From the NCBI RefSeq assembly GCF_006345805.1, contig NC_043021.1:15810001-15874000 (forward strand): 64,000 nt of DNA, written 5' to 3'. The position numbers and the translations under genes are program-made. Shown piece after piece: positions 26,895-40,465 of this stretch; position 1 is the first letter of the stretch; each line of letters starts with the position of its first letter. Below the pieces are notes generated by a model. It did not search any database and had not been told where the DNA came from. It saw nothing but the letters and a program-made list of their open reading frames with translations. The stretch is from Octopus sinensis. Lineage: Eukaryota.

Positions 26895-27519
26895 ATATAA
26901 TAAGGCAGCGAGCTGGCAGAAACGTTAGCACGCTGGGCGAAATGCGTAGCCGTATTTCGTCTGCCGTAATGTTCTGAGTTCAAATTCCGCCGAGGTCGAC
27001 TTTGCCTTTCATCCTTTCAGGGTCGATAAATTAAGTACCAGTTACGCACTGGGGTCGATATCTGTCCTTGTCTGTCCCCTCTGTGTTAAGCCCCTTCTGG
27101 GTAGTAAAGAAATAATATATATATATAATATATATATATATATATTTATACGTGTGTTTGTGTGTGTATTATTCCGACACATTATATACATATGTACACA
27201 ATATTGGATGGCTTTGACTCTATGGGTTACGCAGCTCGTTGTTGGTTTTTGGTTTTAATCTTGCCGGGTGGCCAAAAAGACCCCTCCTCACCAAACGAGC
27301 TTCATGGCTTGCTGGTTTAATCACCAACGATCCGACCATGCGGTAGGTTGTACATGTTACCAGCAGCACTTGGGACCGACCTGCCATATAAGGGTGTCAT
27401 GAAAAGCAAGTTAAAATTGTGAGGGTTCATTTGGATGTCTGGTTGAATGCCGTATATCGTGGTGAGAGACCTAACAAGTAGAGTTGTGGTGACACTGAGC
27501 AAAAGTGAATAGAGCATTC

Positions 27520-27929
27520 AGATCTTTTTCGGTTTGAACGGCAGTTTTTTCTAACGGTGTCATATGAAATTGTCACCCATAATTATGACCCTAGTATCGA
27601 TCTATTGCATTTCAATCTGTTTTAGAGTTAGGGTTAGGGGTGGGGGGAAGGGTATCTTTTTTTCTTCAGAAAACCCAATCTGTTTCTTAAACAAGAGACA
27701 TATTCATACGGCACAGAATGTTTTCACCTCAATAGACGTCATTGATTGGTTGAAATTGCAGAAATTGAAGGGAAAAAAACAACAAATAGCTTACAAACTA
27801 TAGAATTTTCTCAATAAAGTCAAGAGAAAAAGATGTTTTATAAACACATTCTACCAGTTTACGAAGTTTAAAAGTGTTTAGTTAAGTGGAAATTATTTTT
27901 AAAAACTGCCGTTCAAACCGAAAAGATCC
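27520..27929. mobile_element. MITE with ~29-bp TIRs and an intact 8-bp target-site duplication
   Basis: TIR GATCTTTTTCGGTTTGAACGGCAGTTTTT / AAAAACTGCCGTTCAAACCGAAAAGATC; GAGCATTC at 27512-19 and 27930-37. Confidence 0.85.
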
Positions 27930-28921
27930 GAGCATTCTCTCTTAAAGAGTAAGCGGAACCTAAGTGCACTGCCGACAGAAACTAGCAGCAATTGATTTCT
28001 TCTCGCAAGAGCTGGGTTTATCAGCCATTTAATGTTACGAGAGCCACGGAGAGGACAAGCTTCTTGCGGAAAAGTACATTTGTACTTGGAAAAGAAATGT
28101 TACATTTCTGTTTTAGGTACAAATGTACCGCGGTGCAGTACATATAGTACAGAGAGCCAATAGGGCAACGCCGTTGGTAGGAGGGTGTGGGAAGGTAAAA
28201 GAGGAAGGTGAAATATTGAATCTGAATAAATTAGGGGAAATTAAGTTCAGTTAAGAGAATTTAAAATTATTTATTACACACATGTGAATGAGAACACTTT
28301 GAGATACTTTTGGTATCTAACATATGTCAGATACTGCGAGCGCTGCTTCTGATTGGTCAATCCATGGTGATGACCCGAGGTCACGGTGACGCCACTACTT
28401 TTGTCATTCATAAGTTACAACTAAACTTCATTCATTACTTTCACGAGCAGGTAGAATGTAGCCATGTAATTAAACAAACATACTATCTTTTTTATACCAG
28501 ATATCACTTAAAGTCATATACACATAAAATATAAACATTTCTGGTGGTAATTCAATTTTTTGTTGCCAAAAAAATCACAACAGCATGGACTGTTGTGCTC
28601 TACTCTGACTGACATTGCTACACGAAAACAGGTTTGAGTATTATTAAAGTTATTCAAGATTCAATCTGTGTTATGTATTTCTTGAACGTGAACTTGAATG
28701 TTAACAAAATGTTAAACAGTCATCAGTTATCAGTCATTTCACCTGAAAACTTAGCGCTATAAAGTCGGACTATCTTCCTGCGGCATGACATCTTTTACAG
28801 TTACACATTGTGACGTCACTGACGTGAAATCAAGCTGTATTCATGCGCGCTTCAACATGATGTGAAGAATTTAGTTATTGGATTAATAAAATATGGTCGT
28901 TTATTCGTGTGTAATAAATAA

Positions 28922-29065
28922 AATACCAAACGAGTTCCCTATGGATACCGTATTTATTACAACACGTGGCTTGTAAACGTATCTAACGAGCGAAAGCGAG
29001 TTAGATACGTTTACAAGCCACTCGTTGTAATAAATACGGTATCCATAGGGAACTCGTTTGGTATT
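28922..29065. repeat. Near-perfect 144-bp palindrome, MITE-like
   Basis: AATACCAAACGAGTTCCCTATGGATACCG...CGGTATCCATAGGGAACTCGTTTGGTATT with apex CGAGCGAAAGCGAG. Confidence 0.85.
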
Positions 29066-29614
29066 CTCTATTTATGATGATATAAAAATTGAATAAAGTT
29101 TTTTTCTTTTAAGTGTGAAAGGGTGAGATTTTAATAAACTACACAAACTTCAAATAACCCTCGAAAAAAAAATGTTTTTGGAACAATGCATAAAATATCA
29201 AAAATTCTCAGAGAATTTTCATGGAAACTCGAAAAATTTTGAAGGCTTCACAGCGATGAAGTTATAAAGTTTAAACGTTTTAAACTTTAACGGTTTAAAG
29301 GCAGACCGGACGGACGGACATGCAGACAGAGGTGGGAGAGAAGAACTACAAATGGCGTATGATCTGCTTTGTTGCTAGTTGTTCGGTTAAGTTCACATCC
29401 GTTAGCGCTTTGAGATCAAAAGTCCTTTATCAGACGTTTATTTTGCCTTAAATGATGGTTATTGCCGGCGTTGGTCAAAGGCTCCGGATGCTGTGTATGA
29501 ATTTGCAGTCATCGAGTTCATTCCGGCGGTTAAGGCTGGATCTTCTCTTTTTAATAAAGATCCAGCCTTCATTAAAGGCATTATATATACAAATGTATAC
29601 AAATTATATATATA

Positions 29615-31712
29615 AAATAAAATAAATATAAGAGAGTGGTCACTATATGGCTCACTCTAGCACCAGTTAATCCAAAAGGTTTCAACCACAAAAATACATG
29701 TTTCCCATGAAAGCCAGTACGATTGTTAGCTCACACGGACAGGGCAAATAAAAAATAACAAAAATACAGATTATTTTGGGACAATTGTTTCGCTATTAAT
29801 GAATTAAATGTAATTTTACTTACAAAAAAAATCCACTTGTAGCTCCTCAGCCAAAACTATCTGGATGAAATCCACTCAATCACACGCCAGATTTTACCAT
29901 AACGATAAATACGCGTGTGGTTCAATTGATTACATCCGACGTTATAATTCAAATGCCCCAACTAACAGCGCGCCAAACTTTCACGGAAAACAAATACAGC
30001 ATTTAGAAATAAATGCAGCATAATTATAATTAATTAATAAGGGTGAGAGAATTAGATACTAATTTAATAGTATATCTATTCAACACCAAGTGGCCTAGTG
30101 CTCCGAGAAACCTGGATTATTATAATATTTTATAATATATTATATATTTTTACAAAATAAATATAAGAGAGTGGTCACTATATGGCTCACTCTAGCACCA
30201 GTTAATCCAAAAGGTTTCAACCACAAAAATACATGTTTCCCATGAAAGCCAGTACGATTGTTAGCTCACACGGACAGGGCAAATAAAAAATAACAAAAAT
30301 ACAGATTATTTTGGGACAATTGTTTCGCTATTAATGAATTAAATGTAATTTTACTTACAAAAAAAATCCACTTGTAGCTCCTCAGCCAAAACTATCTGGA
30401 TGAAATCCACTCAATCACACGCCAGATTTTACCATAACGATAAATACGCGTGTGGTTCAATTGATTACATCCGACGTTATAATTCAAATGCCCCAACTAA
30501 CAGCGCGCCAAACTTTCACGGAAAACAAATACAGCATTTAGAAATAAATGCAGCATAATTATAATTAATTAATAAGGGTGAGAGAATTAGATACTAATTT
30601 AATAGTATATCTATTCAACACCAAGTGGCCTAGTGCTCCGAGAAACCTGGATTATTATAATATTTTATATATATTATAATATTTTTACAAAATAAATATA
30701 AGAGAGTGGTCACTATATGGCTCACTCTAGCACCAGTTAATCCAAAAGGTTTCAACCACAAAAATACATGTTTCCCATGAAAGCCAGTACGATTGTTAGC
30801 TCACACGGACAGGGCAAATAAAAAATAACAAAAATACAGATTATTTTGGGACAATTGTTTCGCTATTAATGAATTAAATGTAATTTTACTTACAAAAAAA
30901 ATCCACTTGTAGCTCCTCAGCCAAAACTATCTGGATGAAATCCACTCAATCACACGCCAGATTTTACCATAACGATAAATACGCGTGTGGTTCAATTGAT
31001 TACATCCGACGTTATAATTCAAATGCCCCAACTAACAGCGCGCCAAACTTTCACGGAAAACAAATACAGCATTTAGAAATAAATGCAGCATAATTATAAT
31101 TAATTAATAAGGGTGAGAGAATTAGATACTAATTTAATAGTATATCTATTCAACACCAAGTGGCCTAGTGCTCCGAGAAACCTGGATTATTATAATATTT
31201 TATAATATATTATAATATTTTTACAAAATAAATATAAGAGAGTGGTCACTATATGGCTCACTCTAGCACCAGTTAATCCAAAAGGTTTCAACCACAAAAA
31301 TACATGTTTCCCATGAAAGCCAGTACGATTGTTAGCTCACACGGACAGGGCAAATAAAAAATAACAAAAATACAGATTATTTTGGGACAATTGTTTCGCT
31401 ATTAATGAATTAAATGTAATTTTACTTACAAAAAAAATCCACTTGTAGCTCCTCAGCCAAAACTATCTGGATGAAATCCACTCAATCACACGCCAGATTT
31501 TACCATAACGATAAATACGCGTGTGGTTCAATTGATTACATCCGACGTTATAATTCAAATGCCCCAACTAACAGCGCGCCAAACTTTCACGGAAAACAAA
31601 TACAGCATTTAGAAATAAATGCAGCATAATTATAATTAATTAATAAGGGTGAGAGAATTAGATACTAATTTAATAGTATATCTATTCAACACCAAGTGGC
31701 CTAGTGCTCCGA
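29615..31712. repeat. Tandem array of ~3.9 near-identical 535-bp units
   Basis: AGAGAGTGGTCACTATATGG recurs at 29631, 30166, 30701 and 31237; visible differences are confined to the AT-rich linker. Confidence 0.92.
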
Positions 31713-31873
31713 TATAAAAATATAATATAGAAAATATAGAAAATATAAAATTTAAAAATTTAAATTATTTAAATTTAAAATTAAAATTATTAATTTATAT
31801 TTATAATTTTTTTAAAAATATATATAACTATCAAAAAGTATTAAAAAGTTTAAGATACATATTTATATATAGA

Positions 31874-31904
<31 letters not shown>

Positions 31905-32513
31905 AACTAACCAAATAAATATCTGATTCATAATATTTGTTCTCATGATTGTGTGGTGGTGGTGGCGATGATAATTCTGTCTATGAATGCAGACAGACGT
32001 AGAGAGAGAGAGTGAAAGCGCTGTCGAAGGCGGTGAGGGGAAGATATAGAACGCTGTTTGATGACGTTATAAAGAGAAAGTAAAGGGGAGTTAGACGCTG
32101 TTAAACGACGTTATATATAGAAAGTTATGGGAAGGGAGGAAAGAGAGTGAGTGACGGGGGAAGACAGATACATAAAAGAATGAGAGTAGACTTGTCAAAG
32201 TGCGTTTTTGGCCCTAGCAACGACACCTTTTAAGATAGAGATTTCTAACCTAGCCCACTAGCATCCTCACCTCATTTTACATGTCCCTGTAAATTTTGGA
32301 GTCAATCCGACGGGATCTAGTGGCCTTTAACCCGTTCTCAATACCAAAACCAGACAAACAAACAAACTTTTCGCATTTCAGATTTATAATATATATATAT
32401 ATATATATTGACCTGCTCGCTTAGCCAGCGGGGTGGCGTCATTTGAAGGGTTAAAACAATGCGAAGCGCATTGTGACCAGCGATGTGTAGCAACATCTGA
32501 TAGCCTGGTCGGT

Positions 32514-32563
<50 letters not shown>

Positions 32564-32579
32564 CACACACATAAATATA

Positions 32580-33520
32580 TGCTGCCCAGGCTCCATGTCC
32601 ATGTCCTTGGTATTGCTGAATCACTACCAAAACTCGATAGAAGCAGTGTCTGAAATCAAAGAGTCTTAGAGTTTACTTAGCAAAGACCAAAGTCCTAATA
32701 AGTAGGAAAACAGACAAGTCACAGATCCCTTCAGGGAGATGGCCCTGCACGATATATAGAAAATATGTCGGGAGAAACTCCATATGGTGTACGCAGTGCA
32801 AGCTACGAACACATAAGAGGTACAGCGGTATCACTGGAAGACTAACAGAAAAAGTAGTCTTTACTTGTGATAGATGTGCAGGTATGTACACCAAGAATGA
32901 ACAAAAATAGACTCCCTCAAATGTCAGTGAAGATCCTTAGAAGTAGTAGACAGTTTCCGTTACTTCGGTGACCAAATTAGCAATGGTGGAGGTTGTTCCG
33001 AAAGCGTAGCTGCTAGAATAAGTACAGGCTGGACAAAGTTCAGAGAGCTGCTATTTCTGTTAGTAACGAAGGGCCTCTCCTTCAGAGTGAAAGGTAGATT
33101 GTATGATGCCTGTGTACGAACAGCTACACTACATGGCAGTGAGACATGGACTGTGACTAGTGAGGGTGTGTAAAGGCTTGAAAGAAATGAAGCCAGTATG
33201 TTCTGCTGAATGGGTAATGTCAGTGTGCATATATGACAAATTGTAAGCGATTCGAGAGAAAAACTGGGTATTCGAAGCATCAGATGTTGTGTGCAAGAGA
33301 GAAGACTGTGCTGGTATGGTCATGTGATGCATATGAATGAAGACAGTTGCATCAAGAAACGTTGATTTCTAATTGTGGCGGGAACATGTTGAAGGGGTAG
33401 ACCCAGGGATACTTGGGATGAATTGGTAAGAAAGGATCTTGAAACGTTGGGCCCGCACAGAAGGGATGACAAGGGACTCAGACAGCGGATAGTTTCCTGT
33501 GCTGAGAAGACACGACAAAC
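32580..33520 (+). mobile_element. Degenerate RTE LINE 3' fragment
   Basis: Homologous to 59700-60500 (AAGGGCCTCTCCTTCAGAGTGAAAGGTAGATTGTATGATGCC); contains stops and frameshifts. Confidence 0.85.
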
Positions 33521-33927
33521 TGAGTAAAAAACTGATTTTTAAAACGCGGGAATTTTAAGTGTAAGTCTGTCAACACAACACAACACATCTTCAGAAGAAA
33601 GTACATACAAATATATATATATGTGTGTGTGTATGCACATACATACATACATACACACACACATACATACATATATACATGCATGCATACATACGTGCGT
33701 ACATACATACATACATACATACATACATACACACACATACATATATACATGCATACATACGTGCGTACGTACATACATACATACATACATACGTACGTAC
33801 GTACGTACATACATACATACACACATACGTGCGTACGTACAAACACACATAATACATACATACATACATACATACATACATGCATACGTACGTACATTCT
33901 GCCCAGAATTGAGACATATATATATAT

Positions 33928-33981
<54 letters not shown>

Positions 33982-34103
33982 ATATATAAAAAAATACATA
34001 CTTATAAAAACTTATTCAACCCTACAAACTCTCTTGTATTCATTAAACTTTCTAAAAATATTTTACGTTTTCCTTTACCTCTATTCTCTTTAAGATTGCT
34101 AAC

Positions 34104-34156
34104 ATGTCTGCTGAGCGCCAATTTTTATCCGTTTCTGCTAAGCTACCAAAAGAGTG
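34104..34156 (+). CDS. Orphan gene B (176 aa), coding exon 1
   Basis: Strong polypyrimidine acceptor ending at 34094, AACATGT start, MSAERQFLSVSAKLPKE(W), consensus GTAAGT donor; phase 2. Confidence 0.75.
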
Positions 34157-34822
34157 GTAAGTACACCTACTCCGCCATGTGTGTGTGTGTGTGTTTGTGT
34201 GCGTATATCTGTATATCTTTATACATACATATATACATAAATACATACATACATACATACATATATACGTGTATGCATGCATACATACATACATACATAC
34301 ATACATGCATACATACATACGTGCATGCATGCATACAGACACAGATTCAGTGTGACACAGAAATACAAGTACAACAGAAACAGGTAGAAAGAGTGAGAGA
34401 AAGCTGTGGTGAAAGAGTACAGCAGGGTTCGTCACCCCTCCCCTGCTGGAGCATCGTGAATATTTAGGTGTTTTCACTCAACAAACTCTCACAACGCCCG
34501 CTCTGGGAATCGAAACCGCGATCCTACGACCTCGAGTCCGCTGCTCTAACCACTGGGCCATTGGGCCACATACATACACACATACATATCACATACATGC
34601 GCGCATATATAATGCACACACATACATATACATAATGCACGCACACATAGATATACATACAGGCATGCATGCATACATACATACATGCATGCATACATAC
34701 ATATATACATACATACACACATACATACATACATACATACATACATACATAAATACATACATACATACATACATACATACATGATGCATACATACATACA
34801 TTCACACATACATACATACATA

Positions 34823-34874
<52 letters not shown>

Positions 34875-35000
34875 CAATATTTTCAATCAGTGATCGAAAA
34901 TGTAATATATATATGGAGAGAAGAGGCGTAAAAGAAAATATAATCGTACAAAATTCATTAATCTGAAATCGATGAAATCTGATATGTTTTATCGTTACAG

Positions 35001-35058
35001 GCAGCCGCGTTTGTACGAATGGAATCCTTATCACTGTAGTTATCCAGACGTCGCACAG
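35001..35058 (+). CDS. Orphan gene B, coding exon 2
   Basis: gttacag|(W)QPRLYEWNPYHCSYPDVAQ|GTATTG; phase 2-0 fits both neighbours. Confidence 0.72.
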
Positions 35059-36539
35059 GTATTGCCGGATATTTTGTCAACTCACTCGTTTTAATCCGTC
35101 TCTTTTACTCTCTCTTTTACTTGTTTCAGTCATTTGACTGCGGCCATGCTGGAGCACCGCCTTTAGTCGAGCAAATCAACCCCAGGACTTATTCTTTGTA
35201 AGCCCAGTACTTATTCTATCGGTGTCTTTTGCCGAACCGCTAAGTGACGGCGACGTAAACACACCAGCATCGGTTGTCAAGCAATGCTAGGGAGACAAAC
35301 ACAGACACACAAACATGCACACACATATATATATATATACATATATACGACGGGCTTCTTTCAGTTTCTGTCTACCAAATCCACTCACAAGGCTTTGGTC
35401 GGCCCGAGGCTATAGTAGATGACACTTGCCCAACATGCCACGCAGTGGGACTGAACCCGGAACCATGTGGTTGGTAAGCAAGCTACTTACCACACAGCCT
35501 CTTTCGTATATGTACAGTGTCCATTGTTGCATTGGTGTGATAGAATTATCGTCGTTGTTGTAGTTGCAGGCTCTAGATTTTGTGGTGTTTGCTTGCACCA
35601 CTTCATTCGTGGGGTTTACGGTACCGACTGAGTCTCTGTTGTGTCACTGTTTGCAGATCCTGTGGGGTTGGAAGTAAGAGCAGAATTAGTCTGCAAGAAA
35701 GAGCTGTACCCATGGATTGGTTAGTGTAGTCCCTCGGAAACCTCAACGTGATCTCCAAGGATTGGTTGGAGATCACGCGGTCGTTAGCCTCAAATCGCCA
35801 GGTCTGGTCGGCGTTTGTGAGAAATGCAGCATTGAGGATGAATGAAGCCAGCTCAACCCACCCCGGGTAAATACTGTCTCAAGTCAAGTCAAGTCCCTAG
35901 GAGACTCGGAATGACTGTACAATTGATGTTAGTATTTAACAGATGCAAGTCGACGTAACTGCAGAAGATACATGGACAGGGTGGGAGTTCCAGAAGGTTG
36001 ACGTTGTGGGTACGAAGGATTGTGCAAAGTGGTTGTTGCAGGACTAGAATGTGGGTATAGACAACATTGATGAAAACAAAAAGGAACTGGATGTGAATCT
36101 GGTAGGACTAGATGGTGATGGCTGGAGACAGACCAACCGCATGAAACAGGGGCCACTGTAAAAGCCGAAAAAAACCTGCAAAGAGAAGAGACATAATATT
36201 TGTCTGTCAGTGACTGAAACATGTTAGTAGGCGACTCCATGTTAATCAGTAGGTAGCGAAAACATACCTGCTTTACTTGCATATAAGTCACACATGTGTA
36301 TAAATTGCACCCTAGTGCAAATTTTTTCGCTTTGCCCCTGTGTGAGTCGCAGCCTTGTTTTTGCTGTTAAAAATCAAGTATAGAATAGTGTGACTTATAT
36401 GGAGGTCGTCGCTATGCAACGTACGCCTGCTGCGCGTTGATGAAACCACAACGAAAGTCTTCTCGATCAAGCGGGATTTCTCTGGCTGCCTTACCACTCC
36501 ACTCTTATCCAACCAGCTATTAATATCATGCATCCATTG

Positions 36540-37460
36540 TGGGGTTATTTTTTTTTTTACCTGCCTCTTGATCTACTACCTCAACCGACTCTTCCTTCCA
36601 TGATAATGTTTTCCAGACCGCTGCTTCTTCAAATATGGCCATAATAGCTAAGCTTCCTTTTTGGGTTTTTTTTTCTCAATGTTCAGGAGTTGTCGTCTTT
36701 CACAGGCCTGGAAGTATTCAGGATCTCGAGGCAGTAATGTTGGACTGAGAAGTGTGACGAATGGAATTTATTGCTGCGGTCCGGCTTGGAACCCGGCCAT
36801 AATTTTTTTTTTAAACTACTTGTTGTAACACCCATTCATTTGTCCGATGTTCCTTGTAGGAGACTCGTAACATTCTCCCATAAAACCCACATTTCAAACA
36901 CATTATGTTCTCTTTAAATTTGTTCAAAGTCCATGCTTCGCAACCATAAAATACGCGAGTAACTACAGTAATATATAATCTGTCCGTAATTCCATTGGTG
37001 AAATTTGGAGGTATCGGGACTGGTGGTTAATGACATGAGACCAGCCAGTTCCGAAGAGGAGAGGCTATTGTCGTGGAAGCAGCGATGGCAGGAGAGAGCA
37101 AACCTACCACATTCACATCCAGTTCCTTTTTGTTTTCATCAATGTTGTCTATACCCACATTCTAGTCCTACAATAACCACTTTGCACAATCCTTCGTTCC
37201 CACAACATTTGTCCGATGTTCCTTGTAGGAGACTCGTAACATTCTCCCATAAAACCCACATTTCAAACACATTATGTTTTCTTCAAATTTGTTCAGAGTC
37301 CATGCTTCGCAACCATAAATACGCGAGTATATACAGTAATATATAATCTGTCCGTAATTCCATTGGTGAAATTTGTAGGTATCGGGACTGGTGGTTAGTG
37401 ACATGAGACCAGCCAGTTCCGAAGAGGAGAGGCTATTGTCGTGGAAGCAGCGATGGCAGA
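36540..37460 (-). mobile_element. Degenerate RTE/BovB-like RT C-terminal fragment, internally duplicated
   Basis: YGCEAWTLNKFEENIMCLKCGFYGRMLRVSYKEHRTN; ~36830-37100 is repeated at ~37200-37450. Confidence 0.75.
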
Positions 37461-38113
37461 AGGGGAGAGCAAACCGGTGGGTCAAATATCAGAGTAGATG
37501 TTTGTGAATGACTTCACACCAATAAGTCCGATTACCTTTAAGTGGACGTGATCTAGAATATCTGAGTACTCAGTAGCACTGCCCAAGATATGGCAGTAAT
37601 ATTCCACTCCATTGTTTTGTTTTGGTTATGGACTTTACCTTTCATTTGTTGGGTGTGGAGGAAGGGGTGGTACCTTTGGTCTTTGTAAATTAGGATTAAT
37701 TCTTATTTCCGAACAACCATCACACACTCTGCTCTTCTGCTCCGTATTCCACTTTATTATAACGACGGACTTCTTCGTTTTCCCTTCCATCTCTCTCCTC
37801 CTTCTCACTCTTCTCCGCCACTTTCTCTCCTCCTTCTCACTCTTCTCCGCCACTTTCTCTCCTCCTCCTCTTTCGTTTCATCCCTTCCCTTCTCTTTGTT
37901 CTCTTCCTATCTTTGCTCTCCCTTTTCTTTTCCTCTCTTTCTCCTCGACCACCTCCTATCTCTCGTCCTCTCTCTCTCTATTTATAATTCCCACAATATT
38001 CCTCTATCCAAAAGGAACATCGACCACACTGACCTCCAAACCAATCTAAATTTTTTTTTAAATTAATTCTAAGAAATCCTTATTTATTGAAGATATTGAC
38101 ACTTTTATTTCAG

Positions 38114-38219
38114 AGGGGTTGGCGAAAATGGTCAGCTGACTTCCCCGACTGGTTAAGCCCTCGAGATACATCGCATCACGTCCATTGGTTCAACAGGAAA
38201 ACCAACAATATTCGACGAG
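38114..38219 (+). CDS. Orphan gene B, coding exon 3
   Basis: ttttatttcag|RGWRKWSADFPDWLSPRDTSHHVHWFNRKTNNIRR(A)|GTTTGG; phase 0-1; the donor is weaker than the others. Confidence 0.65.
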
Positions 38220-38759
38220 GTTTGGCAATTAATATGTTTTAACGATTCAAGGTCTTGAACATGGCCAAAATACGTGTATTGGTTGCGTGTGTACCTGTGC
38301 CTGTACGTGCTAGCCTGTGTATGCATGTATGTGTATGTCTGTGTGTGTTTATTTATATTAAAGTTATACATTCTATAACCACTGTAACAGTTGTAGTCGT
38401 GATATTTACAACTGCAACGCTTCCAAACGAATTTATAAATCATATTTGTTTTCATTTGTAGCCTGTACGTTTAAGAAATTCACTTAGTAACTGCATTGTT
38501 TCACGTTCGATCCTGCTGCGCAACATATTGGGCAAATGTCTTTCATCATAAACACGGACTGTCCAGATCCTCGTGAATAAAATTTAATAGACGTGAACAG
38601 GGTGGGAATCTATAATATGTATATATATATATGACTGACTTACATGCAGTTTGTATTCTTCAGAATAAGACATTTTAAATTCAGTCTTTTTGTAATATAA
38701 TATCGGCTTACATTTAGAATTCAAATGTAGAAAGAAAAGGTATAGTTTGGTGTAAAATC

Positions 38760-38791
<32 letters not shown>

Positions 38792-39021
38792 ATGCTGTAT
38801 ACAAAATACGACTTTGTTTTAGTTTTATCTTTTTTTTTGTCAAAACATTGTCGTATGATATCCATTTTATTTAGAACAGTAAAGACCCAAAAATCTATCA
38901 TCAACGTTTCTATACCTTCACTGCCTCATCTTCTGGATAGGGTAATGTTGGAGGAGGTATGTTGCTGCTTCTTATGATAGGCAAGGCTAGTGTGATTGAA
39001 GTAGACTTTACAACCAGAATT

Positions 39022-39620
39022 TGAATCTGAAGGCGGCGAGCTGGCAGAAACGTTAGCACGCCGGGCGAAATGCTTAGCGGTATTTCGTCTGCGTTACGTT
39101 GTGAGTTCAAATTCCGCCGAGGTCGACTTTGCCTTTCATCCTTTCGGGGTCGATAAATTAAGTACCAGTTACGAACTGGGGTCGATGTAATCGACTTAAT
39201 ACCTATGTCTGTCCTTGTTTGTTCCCTCTGTGTTTAGCCCCTTGTGGGTAATAAAGAAATAGGTATTTCGTCTGCCGTTACGTTCTGTGTTCAAATTCCA
39301 CCGAGGTCGACTTTGCCTTTCATCCTTTCGGGGTCGATTAAATAAGTACCAGTTACGTACTGGGGTCGATATAATCGACTTAATCCGTTTGTCTGTCCTT
39401 GTTTGTCCTCTCTGTGTTTAGCCCCTTTTGGGTAGTAAAGAAATAGGTATTTCGTCAGCTGTTACGTTCTCAGTTCAAATTCTGCCGAGGTCGACTATGC
39501 CTTTTATCCTTTCGGGGTCGATAAATTAAGTACCAGTTGCGTACTGGGGTCGATGTTATCGACTTAATCCCTTTGTCTGTCCTTGTTTGTCCCCTCGTAG
39601 GCAATGAAAGAAATAAGAAT
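39022..39620 (+). mobile_element. tRNA-derived SINE trimer (one full unit plus two headless ~184-bp units)
   Basis: GGCGAGCTGGCAGAAACGTTAG head and B box GAGTTCAAATTCC; GGTATTTC at 39079, 39262 and 39446. Monomers at ~25812, ~26925, ~43850 and ~54418; many degenerate copies at 1.3-4.3 kb. Confidence 0.85.
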
Positions 39621-40465
39621 CTGAATATTTGATCATTAAATTTGGGCATCAACACCGGGTGTCTATGATTAGTCTATGTTATCTATTTGTCTACTTCAAC
39701 ATTGTGATGTTGTGCGGTATTGTGAGTATTATTTCCACCACAAATAATTCATATTTGTAAGAAATGTTATATGGTATAGTTGTGTTGTTTACTAATGTTC
39801 TCCTACCTAACTTTGCCTTATTATTTTCAATGTGGAGCATTGCAATTGATCATTGTTCCAAGCAAATGAGTCAGCAACAGAATGCTGAACATGTATGGTA
39901 AATGTAACAGTTGGAGTCATGAAGTTTATAACTCCCATATTTGCAATCGACTGTATAAATCATATTAATCATTATTAACCTGTAAGAGGGTTTACCTGTT
40001 CGTGTTTATTGTTTAAAAGGCTTTTAATTTCAGTGTTTGTAGTGCAATATCAGTGTCCTTTTATCAATAAGTGTAAAGCATTTTATGAGGTTTTTGATAA
40101 TGTCCTTATCTATTCCATGCGATTCCTGAAAATACGTTTTGTATACATTTAAGAAATGTCGTGTTTGATGTATTTATTGTATTTTATTTGTGTATGTATT
40201 GTTCTCGTTGAAACCATTCCCTAATAACAAAATGACTGCCATAGAGTCTCATTCTGGTCGAAGGAGAAAGAGAAGAACGTGGAATATGGACAAGAAGTTC
40301 AGACTGCAGGCTTTTGCCATGACATCCTGACATGGCTATACGCCGGTTGACCGTCCAACGAAAACTATTATTAACCATCTCTTTACAAACATCTCTCCCA
40401 AATGCCTGGTGTTATCAAGTTAGATAATCTAAACAAGCTCGACCAGATAAAGTATTGCACTAAAG

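Noticed and set aside
27317-27517. Protein-like minus-strand ORF, plus short ORFs at 38460-38580 and 40184-40378
   Set aside because: None joins a consistent exon chain with acceptable splice sites and phases.
27628-27639. TTAGGG doublets (also CCCTAA at 55158-55169)
   Set aside because: Only two units, inside copies of a MITE family; not telomeric.
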